From Octopus sinensis (lineage: Eukaryota): a DNA stretch of 64,000 nucleotides. A program made the position numbers and the translations under genes. The stretch is taken from contig NC_043021.1 of the NCBI RefSeq assembly GCF_006345805.1, positions 6,944,001-7,008,000 of the forward strand, written 5' to 3'. Of this stretch, positions 36,521 to 51,288 are shown one piece after another (the stretch's first letter is position 1; every line of letters begins with the position of its first letter). Under the pieces are notes generated by a model that saw nothing but the letters and a program-made list of their open reading frames with translations, had not been told where the DNA came from and ran no database searches.

Positions 36521-37826
36521 GTAAGTCTTTGGTCGATTTCAACATTTACCTCTCATTCTGTTGTTGTTCTTGTTATTATTATTAGTATTATTAGTCTTAT
36601 TAGTATTACCATTAGTATAAGATACTGACGATAGACATTATCTTTCATCGTCGTCTCACACTCATCACTCAGCAACACTGTTTCGCCCTCTGCTATATTC
36701 TACATCTATCATAAGTACAACCATCCACCACACACACCACTACTGCTTCGTTACTTCACACTCACAGCAACTATTACACCCATTCAAACAAGCACCAAAT
36801 CTCCGCTCTACACCGCACCAACACTGCCATTACAGTCACTTAATAAAATACTACAGCACCTTCACTATATACTACATCACAACTTCCACTACCCTCCTCC
36901 ACTATGCTACATCACAACTTCCACTACCCTTCCTCTCGGCCACACCGGGAGGCCTTCCACTCGGTTCATCGACCTGCTAGAAATAAAAGCTAAATAACGC
37001 CTTAAAAAAAAAGATAAAAGCGCGCATTACGTATAATAAAGTGTAATGGTCATGCATGGAATGGTTTTGATCGCAGCTCTGCTCGATAAAGCTGAACTGG
37101 AGTTGAACAACTTGGCCACTAGTCCACAGCATCGTTCCATTCCACTCCATTCAAACATCACATCATATCATCAACTTCTACTACATCATATCCACCATCA
37201 CACACAGTTACAGCACCTCTGCATTCACTCAGACATCATACACTAGCATTTCATATTACCCCTAAACACTTGGATGGCCATGACTTGATCCGTTACCAAT
37301 TTTTTAACCCCCATCCTTGGGTGTACATTTAACGGTATTCAGAGGGGGTCTTTTTTTTTATAAGCAAGTATCCGGGGGGGGTCAGGTCTCAATTCAAACG
37401 GTCATAGGTGCTGTGCTGCCCTTCATTCTGTCCATCTCCATGACTGGACAAGAAAAACCACACAGTACTTCTTTAACAGAGGGACGGACCATGAATCACC
37501 ATTCCGTGGTCACGAGAAATAGAAGCCAAATCTCCTTCACATCATGCCCTACTGTCTTTAAAAAAAAGATAAATGATATGTAAAACATTGGATAATGTAG
37601 TTTGATTGAATAAAGGGACGGGATGGTCAGAGCAGGAACGCTTTGCTGACCGAGGGCCGATTAATAACTCTACTACTTTACACCACCAACTGGATTTTCC
37701 TGTCGGTTATTATATTATCTTTATATAGTATTAATTATTATTATATATTAAATTGAAGCTTTTACGATAAAGCTTGTTTGAACGAAACACCAGGCTTCAC
37801 TCCAACCTCTACTCCAACACCAGTTC

Positions 37827-37876
37827 TCACTCAAAGCTCTGTCATTATTTTTCATTTCTCTTTCCCAAACACACAC

Positions 37877-37931
<55 letters not shown>

Positions 37932-37975
37932 TATATGTGTGTGTGTGTGTGTGTGTGTGTTATATGTGTGTGTGT

Positions 37976-38008
<33 letters not shown>

Positions 38009-38023
38009 TATATGTGTGTGTGT

Positions 38024-38056
<33 letters not shown>

Positions 38057-38198
38057 TATATGTGTGTGTGTGTGTGTTATATATGTGTGTGTGTGTGTGT
38101 GTGTGTTATATATGTGTGTGTGTGTGTTATATATATGTGTGTGTGTGTGTGTGTGTTTAGGAAAGAGAAATGAAAAATAATGACAGAGCTTTGAGTGA
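37827..38198. repeat. ~50-bp inverted repeat flanking a (TG)n/TTATA compound microsatellite
   Basis: 37827-37877 versus 38148-38198, one mismatch. Confidence 0.9.
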
Positions 38199-38199
38199 A

Positions 38200-38232
<33 letters not shown>

Positions 38233-39200
38233 CATACATAAACCCATTCGTACATAAACATACGTATACATACCATCTATAACTTCATACAGCACACACG
38301 CTCACTATATATATTATATATATATATAGTTAAATATTCATGTATTTATACTTACCTTATATACACCCAAATAGACACAAGTAATCTCAATCATTTGATT
38401 TGAGATTTGTGAATAGTGGAAGAAATAGTATACAATGTGTGTGTGTTTGCATTTTGTCTGTGTGTGTGTGTGTATGTATTATAGTCAGTGATTGACATAT
38501 ATATGTATATACACACACATACACTGTCTATGTGTTACTAAGCTTCAAATTCTTGACGCTAAACCAAATCGTAAAACGACGTTAAGTTCAACGTATATAC
38601 TAAATAATAATTGGGAAATAATAGTTATAATTATAATAATAATTACTGGTTTATATTTTCAGATTCCTCTTCTTAATTTAGGTTCAGTGTTAAAAAACTT
38701 AAGGACTATCGTATTTATGATATCTATAATTCATTAGTATCATTATTTATCGCAGTTTCGTTTTATTTTCTGACTATTGGCTATTTTTTTTTCTCTTCTG
38801 GTTTCTTTTTAAATAGCATTTTTTTTCTCTCCAGAAGTGAGGGTCCAATTTTGAGTAGAAAGAGCTACATAAACTGATCCCCCCTACTTACCTACCTTCT
38901 ACTACATGGCGCGCTGTTGTTAAAACGAAGTCACTGCTTTCTATATATTTCTCATTGCCTTTGAATATATGTTTATTAATTTTCTTCCCTGTCTTTTTTT
39001 TTTGTTGTTCTCTCTCTACAAAACTAAACAAAACTTTCTCGATCTAAAAACAACAAACAGAAACCAAAACATTTTAAACTTTATATATGAGTCTGCTTCA
39101 TACATATTTGTAAAGGAGGGTATGTATACGCATAGATGATATTGGTTAGTGTTTCATTATATGCTAACATCTCTTCGCAATATTCATACATTATATATAT

Positions 39201-39236
<36 letters not shown>

Positions 39237-39505
39237 GTGGATATGTAAAAGCTTGTTGTTTTCGTTTGTATACATGGTGTGTATATGTGCAAAGATACAC
39301 ACACATTATAAAGTATTATAGGTATATGTTTATTATATATTCAAACTTCTGTAAAAATACCTTGTGTATTTACCTGGCTAGTAATAATATTCTGGTGTAC
39401 ACGCACTACTTATGCACCGTATGTGTATAATAGTATGACATAAATACTACCGTATATTCTAGGCACTCAAATAATTCTATCCTCACACATCAGTTCATGT
39501 GTGAA

Positions 39506-39539
<34 letters not shown>

Positions 39540-40114
39540 AAAAGACAAACACACACACACACACGTGTGTATGTGTGTGCGTGATGCAGTCGCCTGTACT
39601 AAATGCATTTTCCTCGAACGGGAACCATTTTAGATGCTGTAAAATATTTGTCCGGCGGAATCCTTACGATATAATGGTTTAATGAGCCCCTGATACTTCA
39701 AGTCCTCATTGGAGGTGGGTTGGGGAGAGAAATAAGATAAAAATAAAAAAACCCCTAATACTAGGGGCCTCGTAGTTGTTCTGGCAGGGGGGTTTATAGC
39801 GATGTGATTAATACTTAGGGACCTCGTTAGAAACAAGGTTGTAAGTAATGGTGGTGGTGTGAGTCTAATGATGTGAAAATTATACAGGCTTTGATACTAC
39901 AGGTAATCTATGAAAACAGGGCTTGGTAGTAGTGGATCTCGTAATGAGAGGATTATACAGGACTTGATACCAGAAGGGTTAGTAGTGGTAGTGGACTAGA
40001 CTTGGAGATGTGAGATTTTCGTTCTTATGCCACGCCTTTTTTTCTCTAAATACAATGTTATAAAATGTAACTTAAAGGAGCAAGTGATCTCTATCGAACA
40101 TGAAATTGAAAGTA

Positions 40115-40146
<32 letters not shown>

Positions 40147-40633
40147 TATGTTACGCTAAAGCACATTCGTATAAGTAATGTAGTCTTCATTAATGAAATT
40201 AAGCAATAATTTACTTTTAAAAATCAACTTTTCGTGAATGACTGAATCAGTTGGACCTTCTGGGTTCAAATCTAGTCGATGTCTTATTTGCTTTATCATC
40301 GTCCTGCTGTTGCTGAAATAAAATACTTGGCCCAGTACTGTGTCGGGTAAGGTGTGGCACTTACTCGGTAATCGTTTTTTTTTATAAAGACGTTAAGGCC
40401 TGGCATTTTGAGAGAGGAAGAGTCGAGTCGATTACAACGCCTTCTGTAATTGACACATACTTTATTTTTCGACCCATGCACGATGGATGAAAGGCAATAA
40501 TGTACCTTCGGTAAGATTTGAACTCAGATCTTAAGAGAGCCAGAACGAAAGTTGCAAAGCATTTTTTTTTTTTTCGGAAAATAATTTGACACTTCTGATA
40601 ATTCGTTTATCCTTTGCGTCTTACTATATTACT

Positions 40634-40850
40634 ACACATGTAGTCTAAGTGATTATTAACTGAGATTACCCATGCAGTTAGCTGACAAAAACTCCCTCCA
40701 AAGAGCTTAAAATTCAAAATGGGAAATCACTAATAATTCGTCTTACTATATTAGTGATTTCCCATTTTAAATTTTAAGCTCTTTGGAGGGAGTTTTTGCC
40801 AGCTAACTGCATAGGTAATCTCGGTTAATAATCACTTAGACTACATGTGT
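40634..40850. repeat. Near-perfect inverted repeat, ~102-bp arms with a 13-nt spacer
   Basis: 40634-40735 versus 40749-40850, about 4 mismatches. Confidence 0.95.
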
Positions 40851-42322
40851 GAGAGACACCACCGTATGTGAGGGTGTTTGCTCTGATGTACTCTGTACTC
40901 TGTTACTGCTCCGAGTTTCGTCACGATCGCTACTCGTTAATATCTCATTCCACTACAAACTTGTAACATCCATTCATTCATTAGCTTACTTTAAACTCTC
41001 TCTCCTCTAAAGTTGTACTCTCTGCTCCAATCAACACCTTTATTTTTTAATTTTTTCTCCCCCCTATTTCGTCAATTAGTCTTCACTAATTAGTATTTAA
41101 TGATGTCTCCCTGCAAACCGCCTTGCCCTTATCCACCGATTCGTATAATCTATCTCGTCAGTTCTGGTAACATTTTGACCGTGGTGGTTGTCGTTGTATT
41201 GCAACTATTTTAAGTCAAATTGACCGATTTAGTACTACTACTACTACTACTACTACTGCTGCTGCGCGTGGCCTGGTGGTTAGGACATTCGGCTCTTGGT
41301 CGTAAGATCGCGAGTTCGTTACCCGGCGTCGCGTTATGTCCTTGACGAAGACATTTTATTTCACGTTGCTCTCCTGTCCATTCAGCTGGCAAAAATGAGT
41401 AGTACCTGTAATTCAAAGGGGCCAGCCTTGTCATATTCTGTGTCACACTGAATCCCTCCCACCCCGAAAACTATATTAAAGGTATGCGTGTCCTGTGGAG
41501 TGCCCAGTCACTTGTACGTTAATTTCACGAACAGGCTGTTTCGTTGATCGGAACAAGTGGAGTTCTCGTCGTCGCAACCGACGGAATGCCAATTGTACTA
41601 CTAATATTACCACTACTGATGTCCCGTGTCACAGTCTGTTGCTCGATATACCCATCCACCCGTTCATGCTCCAACCCATTCTCTCTCTCTCTCTCCTACT
41701 TTTTTAGCAGCAGGTTTTGCTATGATCCTTCAGGCCCATGATCAAACGCGATCCTGTTGTGACCATCCTGACTTTTAATATAATATCTGTAAAGCTATAA
41801 TATTCAGAGTGTCCTTCCTTTGTTTAAAGATGGTGGCAGGGCACACGATTTGAGGGATATTTTGACTGCCATTTCTAACCGCACGTGACCCCCTTCTCCC
41901 CTTAGAGAGAAATTCAATTTTCTTGCTACCTATCCGTTCACTAGTGTTTCATCTCACGTTTGTTGACAATAAATTTTATATCTTATTTAGTTTTAGTTAT
42001 TTTTGTATTACGATCCTCCTCATTCCGTTAGAGTGCTTCTATATCTGCGAGGAACAATTGCCTGTCTTTTTAATTCTTTAGTTTCAAGCCTCACTCAAAC
42101 TCACACTCCACACACACACACACACACTGCGAATTCAGCTCTGAATTCTGTGTCAAGTATTCGATGTTTTAAGCATATCGAAAGAAGTACGGTATGATGA
42201 CTGAATCTGGTGAGGCAGAAACAAACGTTCTGAGTTCAAAAGTTGACTTGCCTTTCATCGATTTGGGATCGTTAAAAGAAGAATAGGTGAATTTTCATAA
42301 GTGCACATCGAAATTTACCGAA

Positions 42323-42398
<76 letters not shown>

Positions 42399-42429
42399 AC
42401 TCTCTCTCTCTCTCTCTCTCTCTGTATAT

Positions 42430-42474
<45 letters not shown>

Positions 42475-43684
42475 TAAACATCTAATTATGAAATTGGAAA
42501 AATTATGAGGAAAGCCATTTCTATTCATATATAAATGTATATATAAATATATATATATGGGGTGTACACTTTTATTTTATCCTGGGATGATGAAAGAAAA
42601 ATTAGACTCGAGTTGGATTTGAACTCAAAACGTATAGAGCCAGACGAAATACCCCCAAGGCGTTTTGCCGGACACTAAGAATTCTATCAATAAAAAAAAA
42701 AATACTTTATAATTTAGACACATTTTTGAAGGGAGGGGTTGGTTGACATCATCGACCTCCTAAATTTGACTGATTCTTATTTTATCTACCTCGGAGGGAT
42801 GAAAAGCAAATTTGACGTAGGCGGCGTTTGAACTCATGAGTGTAAATGCCGCAAGGTCTTTTTTTTTTGTTTTTCCCAATGCTCTAACGATTTTGCCAGC
42901 TCGCCACCGTAATAATAATATTTTCCTGAGGCTGTCATAAGACCTGTTGAATGTATGGCGGCGATATATGGTCAATACAAACGAGCTATTTATATAGTGG
43001 TGGTGGTGGTGATTTCAGCTCGAGGGCAACCCTGATGTTCACACCTATGTGTGGATAATATAAACTTTATTTTGTATATTGGCAACTATAAAGACAGAGG
43101 TTGTGATTTTAGTGAAATTTAATTCATTTCTAGCAAGCAGATCGAGCGACTTCGTACTGGAGTCTTCTTCGTTGAAAAAGTTATTGTTTAGCTTTAGGTT
43201 AGCCCTGATCACCCTATTCTATGATCAAAAAGCATTCCAACCACGACCATCCTATGTTTTTTTTTTATGTACAGAGAACCCAAGACCGTATTATCCAACG
43301 TGTTCTTTTTTAAGGCGGTGTGATTTAAGGGTGGTTGACTGTTATTTCTAGCGGCCATGGTGGGGCGCATTCGCCTTTTTAAAAATTTTTTTATCTGCGT
43401 TAGTAAAGGAGAAATAACAGGAAAGTTAACTTTGCTGGAAATCGAACTGAAACAAATATGAAACAACAAGAATGATTATAATAATCCTTTCTGCTATAGA
43501 TACAAAGCCTGAAATTTTTTGGGGACGGGAGCTAGTCAATTATACCAACTCCAGTGCTCGACTGGTACTTATTTTATTGACCTCGAAAGGGTTGAAAGGC
43601 AAAGTTGACTTCAGCAGAATTTGGACTCAGAACATGAAGACGGACGAAATGCCGCTAAGCATTTTACCCTGTGTGCTTAATGAT

Positions 43685-44110
43685 TCTGCCAATAATGATG
43701 TTAATGGTTTCAAATTTTGACACAGGGCCAACAGTTTTTGAAGGAAGGGGGAACTCGATTACATCGACCCCAGTACTTTACTGGTACTTTCTGCCAATAA
43801 TGATGTTAATGGTTTCAAATTTTGACACAGGGCCAACAGTTTTTGAAGGGCGGGGGGAAGTCGATTACATCGACTCCAGTACTTTACTGGTACTTTCTGC
43901 CAATAATGATGTTAATGGTTTCAAATTTTGACACAGGGCCAACAGTTTTTGAAAGGCGGGGGGAAGTCGATTACATCGACTCCAGTACTTTACTGGTACT
44001 TTCTGCCAATAATAATGTTAATGGTTTCAAATTTTGACACAGGGCCAACAGTTTTTGAAGGGATGGGGGGAGGAGGAAGTCGATTACATCGACCCCAGTA
44101 CTTTACTGGT
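43685..44110. repeat. 105-106-bp tandem repeat x4 derived from a SINE end
   Basis: Units start at 43685, 43790, 43896 and 44002. Confidence 0.9.
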
Positions 44111-44717
44111 ACTTATTTTATCGATCTCTAAACGATGAAAGGCAAAGTTGACTCTGGTGGTGTTTGAACTCAGAACAGTGAATCAGGGAAAAAATATCGT
44201 AAAGCATTTTGTTCGACGCGCTTACGATTCTATTCCCGCCATCTTTGACTATTTCTTACATGAGTAATACAAAGTGACACATCTGCAGAAAAAGGAGGGA
44301 GGGAGAGAGGAAGGGCGGTGGCGGTGTTTGGAATATATCGATCTCCTAGTTCTTGACTAGTTCTTCATTTGGTGAAACACCGGAAAGATGAAATCAAGGT
44401 ATTTGAACTTAGAATGCCATATAATACAATATTGTTCGGGTGGTTAGGGTGGTGGATTAGCAGATTCGTTAGAATATCGGGCAAAATGCCTTGCAGTGTT
44501 CAGTTGACACCCTTTATGTTTCGAGTTCAAATACCGCTGAGTTCAGTCTTGCTTTTTATCCTCCTTGGCCCTTTATCCCTCTTCGGACAGTCAATGAAAT
44601 TAAGCACTAGGCAAGTGCTAAAATTAGTTAAATGGACTGACCTCTTCAAAATTTCTGACCTTGTGTCTGTTTGTCTGTGTTAAAAATATTATAATGGCAG
44701 TGGAGATTAAAATATAA

Positions 44718-44945
44718 TATTTCTTTACTACCCACAAGGGGCTAAACACAGAGGGGACAAACAAGGACAGACAAAGGGACTAAGTCGATTACATCGACCC
44801 CAGTGCGTAACTGGTACTTAATTTATCGACCCCGAAAGGATGAAAGGCAAAGTCGACCTCGGCGGAATTTGAACTCAGAACGTAACGGCAGACGAAATAC
44901 GACTACGCATTTCGTCCGGCGTGCTAACGTTTCTGCCAGCTCGCC
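44718..44945 (-). mobile_element. SINE family B (GCCTTTCATCCTTTCGGGGTCGAT core, MetaSINE-like), young copy
   Basis: Near-identical copies at 47928-48160(-), 58233-58462(+) and 23385-23976(-, trimer); many older copies, e.g. 29480-29685, 30490-30865, 43490-43690, 53590-54150, 57300-57730, 59415-59620. Confidence 0.85.
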
Positions 44946-45691
44946 AACCGTTGCTGGTGTCTTTACTTGATACAAGCATTGCTATGTGTTTAAGAAGCTC
45001 ACGGACTCAATTCCACTTTGGGCAAGTGTCCTCTACGGCTGCCCCAGACCGACCAATGCCTTGTCAGTGAATTTAGTAGGCGAAAACTGTGGAACTCCGT
45101 CGTATATGTGTGTGTGTACCTTTGTGTTTGCCAGCGCTTGACAACCGGTGTTGGTTTGTTTACATTCTTGTGACTTTGCAGTTCGGAAAACGAGAACGAT
45201 AGATTGAATACCAGAGTTGAAAATCAGTTCGACTAAACTCTTCAAGGCGGTACTCCAACATGACCGCAATTCAATGAGTTAAACAAATGAAAGAAAAAAA
45301 AGCGTATCCCAATATATACAGATTGGGAGCTTCTGTCTGGTCGTTCGATTGCTAGAAATAGCAGTCAAATTCCTTACAGTCTTAAACTACATTGACGTAG
45401 TCTTAGTTAAATTATTTCTGCGCTTCTGTTTGTGTTGTTTAGCATTCTTATGATCTTCAGGCTATGTTACTAATTTGCTGACTCAGATTCTACCTCCGAA
45501 TTCAGATTCAAATAGATTAAACATTAACATACAATAGAAGAATGGTTACAGCTAGAATGTCTTTGATCATATCTACTGGCTGGATCAGAGTTTGACCTGG
45601 GGCTAAACCAATAACACGAACAGCAATACTCAGGCAATCACTATTACTGGTTTTATCGATCTGAGAGAGATTCCAAATGGGAATGTAGAAT

Positions 45692-46241
45692 GGATTTAGT
45701 CATATTACTAGAAACAGTTGTGTCATTTCTGTTGTTGTTCAGCCCCCAGGTCAATCAGTCCTGCTAGTACAAATTCACTTATCATCAAAGGTCCGAGATG
45801 GGGGCAGAGCGACAGGGCCGTTCAACACGCACCCCTCGTTGAGTCCGAGTAATACTGACTTGTGGGGTTGTTGATGAGCCGATTTCCCATGTAGACTAGA
45901 TCTGGCTATCAATGGAGTCGATTGTGGGGATCGCACCGCCGCCTTCCTTTGAGCAGAGAAAAGACAGGGATTTAGCAATATTACTGGAAACAGTTGTGTC
46001 ATTTCTATTGTTGTTCAGCCCCAGGTCAACCAGTCCTGCTAGTACAAATTCACTTATCATCAAAGGTCCGAGATGGGGGCAGAGCGACAGAGCCGTTCAA
46101 CACGCACCCCTCGTTGAGTCCGAGTAATACTGACTTGTGGGGTTGTTTGATGAGCCGATTTCCTATGTAGACTAGATCTGGCTATCAGTGGAGTTGATTG
46201 TGGGGATCGCACCGCTGCCTTCCTTTGAGCAGAGAAAAGAC
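45692..46241. repeat. 276-bp tandem duplication
   Basis: Units start at 45692 and 45968 with a few substitutions. Confidence 0.9.
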
Positions 46242-46913
46242 GGACAATTTCCTTCTGTTTGATCACGAGGAAAGATGTTGATCGTAAGGTTAGAGGAGTT
46301 CTCAAAACCGGTTATGTCATGCGATTTAAATCGTGCCACACACACGGACACAGAGTTTTGTTTTTAGATCGTTGGGACTGGTTTAAATAGCGATTTGGTT
46401 ATTATATATGCTTTACAAAGACGAGCAAGTTAATGGAGTATCAATAACAAGCTTGAATGACAGGTATCGATAACAGGCCAGGAAGAATGACAGCAAATGA
46501 GGCCCAGTCCCTATTGCATTCGATATGTGAAAAGTAATAATCAAAATAAAAGGAAGTCGTTTTTAGTTAGGCCGTAGATAGCAAATCACATTGGCTAATG
46601 TAGTCTTAGATATAATATATCCGAAGAAAATAAAAGCCCAACAAAAGAGCAAAAAAATAATAAATGAGATTGTAACGCTTAGAATGTCTTCGATCGTAGG
46701 TCTGCTTTATTAGAGCTGACCCAGATTATGCTGCAACTTTCTGTTTCCGACTTTTTATTTTCGCATATACATTGAGTCAAAAGAACAATAACTCTCTATG
46801 TGGTTGCTAGTTGCTAAAAATAACCACCAAATTTCCTTCAAATCACAGTTTGTTTCCTCAAATTAGGACATTAGATAATGTAGCCTGAAAAAGGACATGA
46901 GATTGCAAAATCA

Positions 46914-47284
46914 CAGATTGAGAGGCGGTTGGATGGAACCTACACTCGCCTCCTTATGAGAGCTCAAAATCTCTCGTGGAAGCGCCATCCAACCGAAATG
47001 CAAATATATGGGAAACTACCACCTGTGTCATCTCTTGTGAAAGGTAGGAGAGTCCAGTTTGCTGGACATTGTTGTAGAGCTGAAAAAGAGGCAATTTCTA
47101 CTCTTCTCCTCTGGAAGCCATCTACTCGCAATACCAGAGGGCGCACACTCTCCTACCCTGATGTAATCTCCAGGGATACAGGCATCCAGCAACAGGACCT
47201 CCGTAATGCCATGATGGACCGTGAAGTCTGGCGTAGCATGGTAAATTCCATTGTCTCGACCACGGTCGAACAATGATGATGATG
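46914..47284 (+). mobile_element. 5'-truncated RTE/RTE-X LINE, open C-terminal ORF
   Basis: LDGTYTRLLMRAQNLSWKRH...RRVQFAGHCCRA...LLLWKP...AMMDREVWR*, followed directly by a (TGA)n tail. Confidence 0.85.
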
Positions 47285-47927
47285 TGACCACAGGTATACT
47301 TGATTAGAAAGAATACATCTAACAAACTTTTCTCCTTTTTATAATATATTTTGGTAATTTGAATAATCGCTAGAATTGTTTAGCTAATAATGCTAGCTGG
47401 AAATTCCCCTGAATAGCTTAAATCGATCTTTGTTGATTCCCAAACTCTCTTTCAAACTTCGTCGCTCTTGCCTTTCACCAACCCTCAAAAAATTGCAAAG
47501 GTCGACGAATTACCGGCAACACTGCTCGGTTTGTTAAGGGAACTGTGAGCGCCTGACAAGATTCTCGATTCTAGGCGCCCACCCTTCTTGGTCATCACAT
47601 GATCCTCAGCTGCAGATCTGCCAAAGAGATGAGCTGCGGGAAAACGTACCTCACAAACGGCGTCCACGACTTATTAATGTCCAGAAGTTTCTGCAGACGC
47701 TGCAACTTGAACGCATGCTTGTGTATCATTAGCCACAAAGTGAACCCTGCAGCAAGTGAGATCTTCTGTTGGCAGCAAATGGGATCTTCTCACTAGTGGA
47801 ACGTATCTCTTTCACAAGAATCTAAAGTGTTGACATTCTAGTCTAGTCAGATAAAAACTGGAACAAGGTACGAGGATCAGACAGTAATAAATAATGGAAG
47901 CGAGGCGATGTATCTGTTCACTACTTC

Positions 47928-48160
47928 TTATTTCTTTATTGCCCAGAAGGGGCTAAACATAGAGGGGACAAACAAGGACAGACAAAGGGATTAAGTCGAT
48001 TGCATCGACCCCAGTGCGTAACTGGTACTTAATTTATCGACCCCGAAAGGATGAAAGGCAAAGTCGACCTCGGCGGAATTTGAACTCAGAACGTAACGGC
48101 AAACGAAATACGGCTACGCATTTCGCTCGGCGTGCCAACGATTCTGCCAGCTCGCCGCCT
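47928..48160 (-). mobile_element. SINE family B copy
   Basis: Matches 44718-44945. Confidence 0.9.
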
Positions 48161-49305
48161 TTTCATTACTTTTATCCACTTGTATCCGATTTTTCGGATA
48201 CACAGTTCTCTCAGCTCACTTCCGGATGAGACTGGATACCCTACTCGTAACTTGATCCCAGTTTCTCTTCACATAGCGTTTTTGGCCTGAATCAGTCCCC
48301 AAGCATCTCAGCAGGAACTCTTTGGCGACACTCGATGCCAGTCGGCATGGATTTACTTTGCCAGGTGTCGAGGTGCAATCCCACAGACTTTTTCTTGGTT
48401 GTTACGTGCTCCTGTTACTGTTATGTATTATTCCCATATAATGCTGTCCACCTCAGTTTCCGTAGTGTTCGACATCACGTCAGTGGAGTGCGACCAAGGG
48501 TACTGACGCAACAGTCTATCTCCCCTCTTTGAGCATTATGCTCCATAAAACCTATCTTCTGCTGCAGTGATTCAAGAGCCAAAAACGTAGAGAAGCGATG
48601 AGAAGAGGACATTTCCGAGAGGTCGGAAAGTGCTTACACTGAGGTTAATAATAGTAATAATAATTTTTTTCAGATTTGGCACAAAACCGACAATTTTTTT
48701 TTAAAGGTGATCTAAAGGTGTTAGTCGATGACATCAGCCCCAATACTTAATTGGTTGCTTATTTTATCGATCTTGACGGAGTAAAAATCAAAGTTGACCT
48801 CGGTGGTATTTTAACTCTGAAGCTGGCAGAATCGTTAGCGCGTCGGACAAAATACGTAGTGGTATTTCTTACGATTCATTAAGTCCAGAGTTCAAATTCC
48901 GCCGTGGCCAGCTTTGCCTTTGATTCTTTCTGGATTGATGAAATAAGTACCAGCCAAGAACTGGAGTCAACGTAATATACATGTATATTATGTATATATA
49001 TATGTATATATATATGTATATATATATGTTATATATATGTATATATGTGTATATATATGTATATATATATTATATATATATATATGTGTATATATATGTT
49101 ATATATATGTTATATATATATATATATGTGTATATATATGTATATATATATGTATATGTATATATATATGTGTTATAATATGTATATATGTATATATGTG
49201 TATATATATGTATATATATGTGTATATATGTGTATATATGTATATATATGTATATATATGTATATTATGTATATATATGTATATGTATATATATGTATAT
49301 ATATG

Positions 49306-49338
<33 letters not shown>

Positions 49339-49734
49339 ATATATATAATATATATATATATAATTGAAGCAGTCTATCTTGGCTTAACTCATCCAATGTA
49401 ATACCTTTTTTTTTAATGATGACGAAAGGGATTTAATTATGATGAAGATACGACTTATTTTCTAGGGGGTGATCAATGTAAAGGTCCACCGTCTCGGGGT
49501 TGTAATTGTTGTTCTTGCTGCTGCTGCTGTTGCTGTAGTAGTTGTTTCTTCAAGTAGCTCATAACTGGTGTGATTCATGTTTTTTTTCACTGAAGACAAC
49601 AAACACACCAACTGACTAATGGACTACTTATTGTTACATCGCTTCTTTTTTTTTTTTGCTTCGTCACTCATCTTTGCTTGTTCTTTACCAGCTCTCTCTC
49701 ACTATTCCCCGCTATTGCTCTCTCCTTGAAGAGT

Positions 49735-49739
49735 ATATA

Positions 49740-49778
<39 letters not shown>

Positions 49779-50948
49779 TATTATAGATATATATATGTAC
49801 TATATATATATATATGTAATTTATATATAGATATGGTATTTATATATATATATATGTATGTTATAGATAGATATGTAGTATATATATAGTATATATGTAT
49901 TATATAGATATATATATATGTATTATAATATGATATGGATTTTATATAGATATATATGTATTTATATATTGATATGTATTTAGATATATATATATGTATA
50001 TGATATATATCGATTTAGGTCTTATATATATATATATGTATTTATATATATATAGATTTGTATATATATATAATATATGTATATATCTTATATATATGTA
50101 TTTAATATATATATATATGTATTTATAATCTATATATTATCGTAGTATATATATAATGTATTTTATTTATATATATGGTATTTATATATATATAGGTATT
50201 TATATATATATATATATTGTATTTGATATATATATATAGGTATTTTATTATATATATAATGTTTATATATATATATATGTATTATATATATATATATTTA
50301 TTTTATATATATATATGTATTTATATATATATATATGTATTTATATATATATATATGTATTATAAATAAATATAATATTTATCTATATATATATGTATTT
50401 AATATATATATATGTATTTATATATATATATATGTTTTTATATATATATATATGTATTTATATATATATATAAGTATTTATATATATATATATGTATTTA
50501 TATATATATATGTATTTATATATATAATATGTATTTATATATATATATGTGTTTTATATATATATATATATGATATTATATATATGTATTTAATATATAT
50601 ATATATGTATATATATATATGATATATATATATATGTATTTATATATATATGTATTTATATATATGTATTTATATATATATATATATAGATATATGTATT
50701 TATAATAATATGTATTTATATATATTATTTATATATATATATATGTATTATATATATATATATATGTATTTATATATATATATATAGTATTATATATATA
50801 TATATGTATTTATATATATATATGTATTTATATATATTATATGTATTTATATATATATAATGTATTATATATATATATATGTATTTATATATATATATGT
50901 GTATAATAGTAATATATATTATATGTATAATTTATATATATATGTATT

Positions 50949-50997
<49 letters not shown>

Positions 50998-51288
50998 GTA
51001 TTTATATATATATGTATTTATATATATATGTATTTATATATATAGATATATATATATAGTATTATATATATGTATTTATATATATATGATTTATATATAT
51101 ATATATATGTATTTATATATTATATATAAGTATTTATATATATATGTATTTATATATATGTATTATATATATATGATATTTATATATATATGATATTATT
51201 ATATATGTTATTTTTATATTATATATGTATTTATATAATGATATGTATTATATATATATATGTATTATATATATATGTATTTATATAG

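Noticed and set aside
36521-36628. Extension of the striatin ORF to 36628
   Set aside because: Homology stops at ELQ, exactly at a GTAAGT donor; the remainder is intronic low-complexity sequence.
40847-41172. Solo LTR (TG...CA)
   Set aside because: No target-site duplication or second copy is visible.
46929-47276. Host gene exon within the striatin intron
   Set aside because: The sequence is a LINE ORF C-terminus with a (TGA)n tail.
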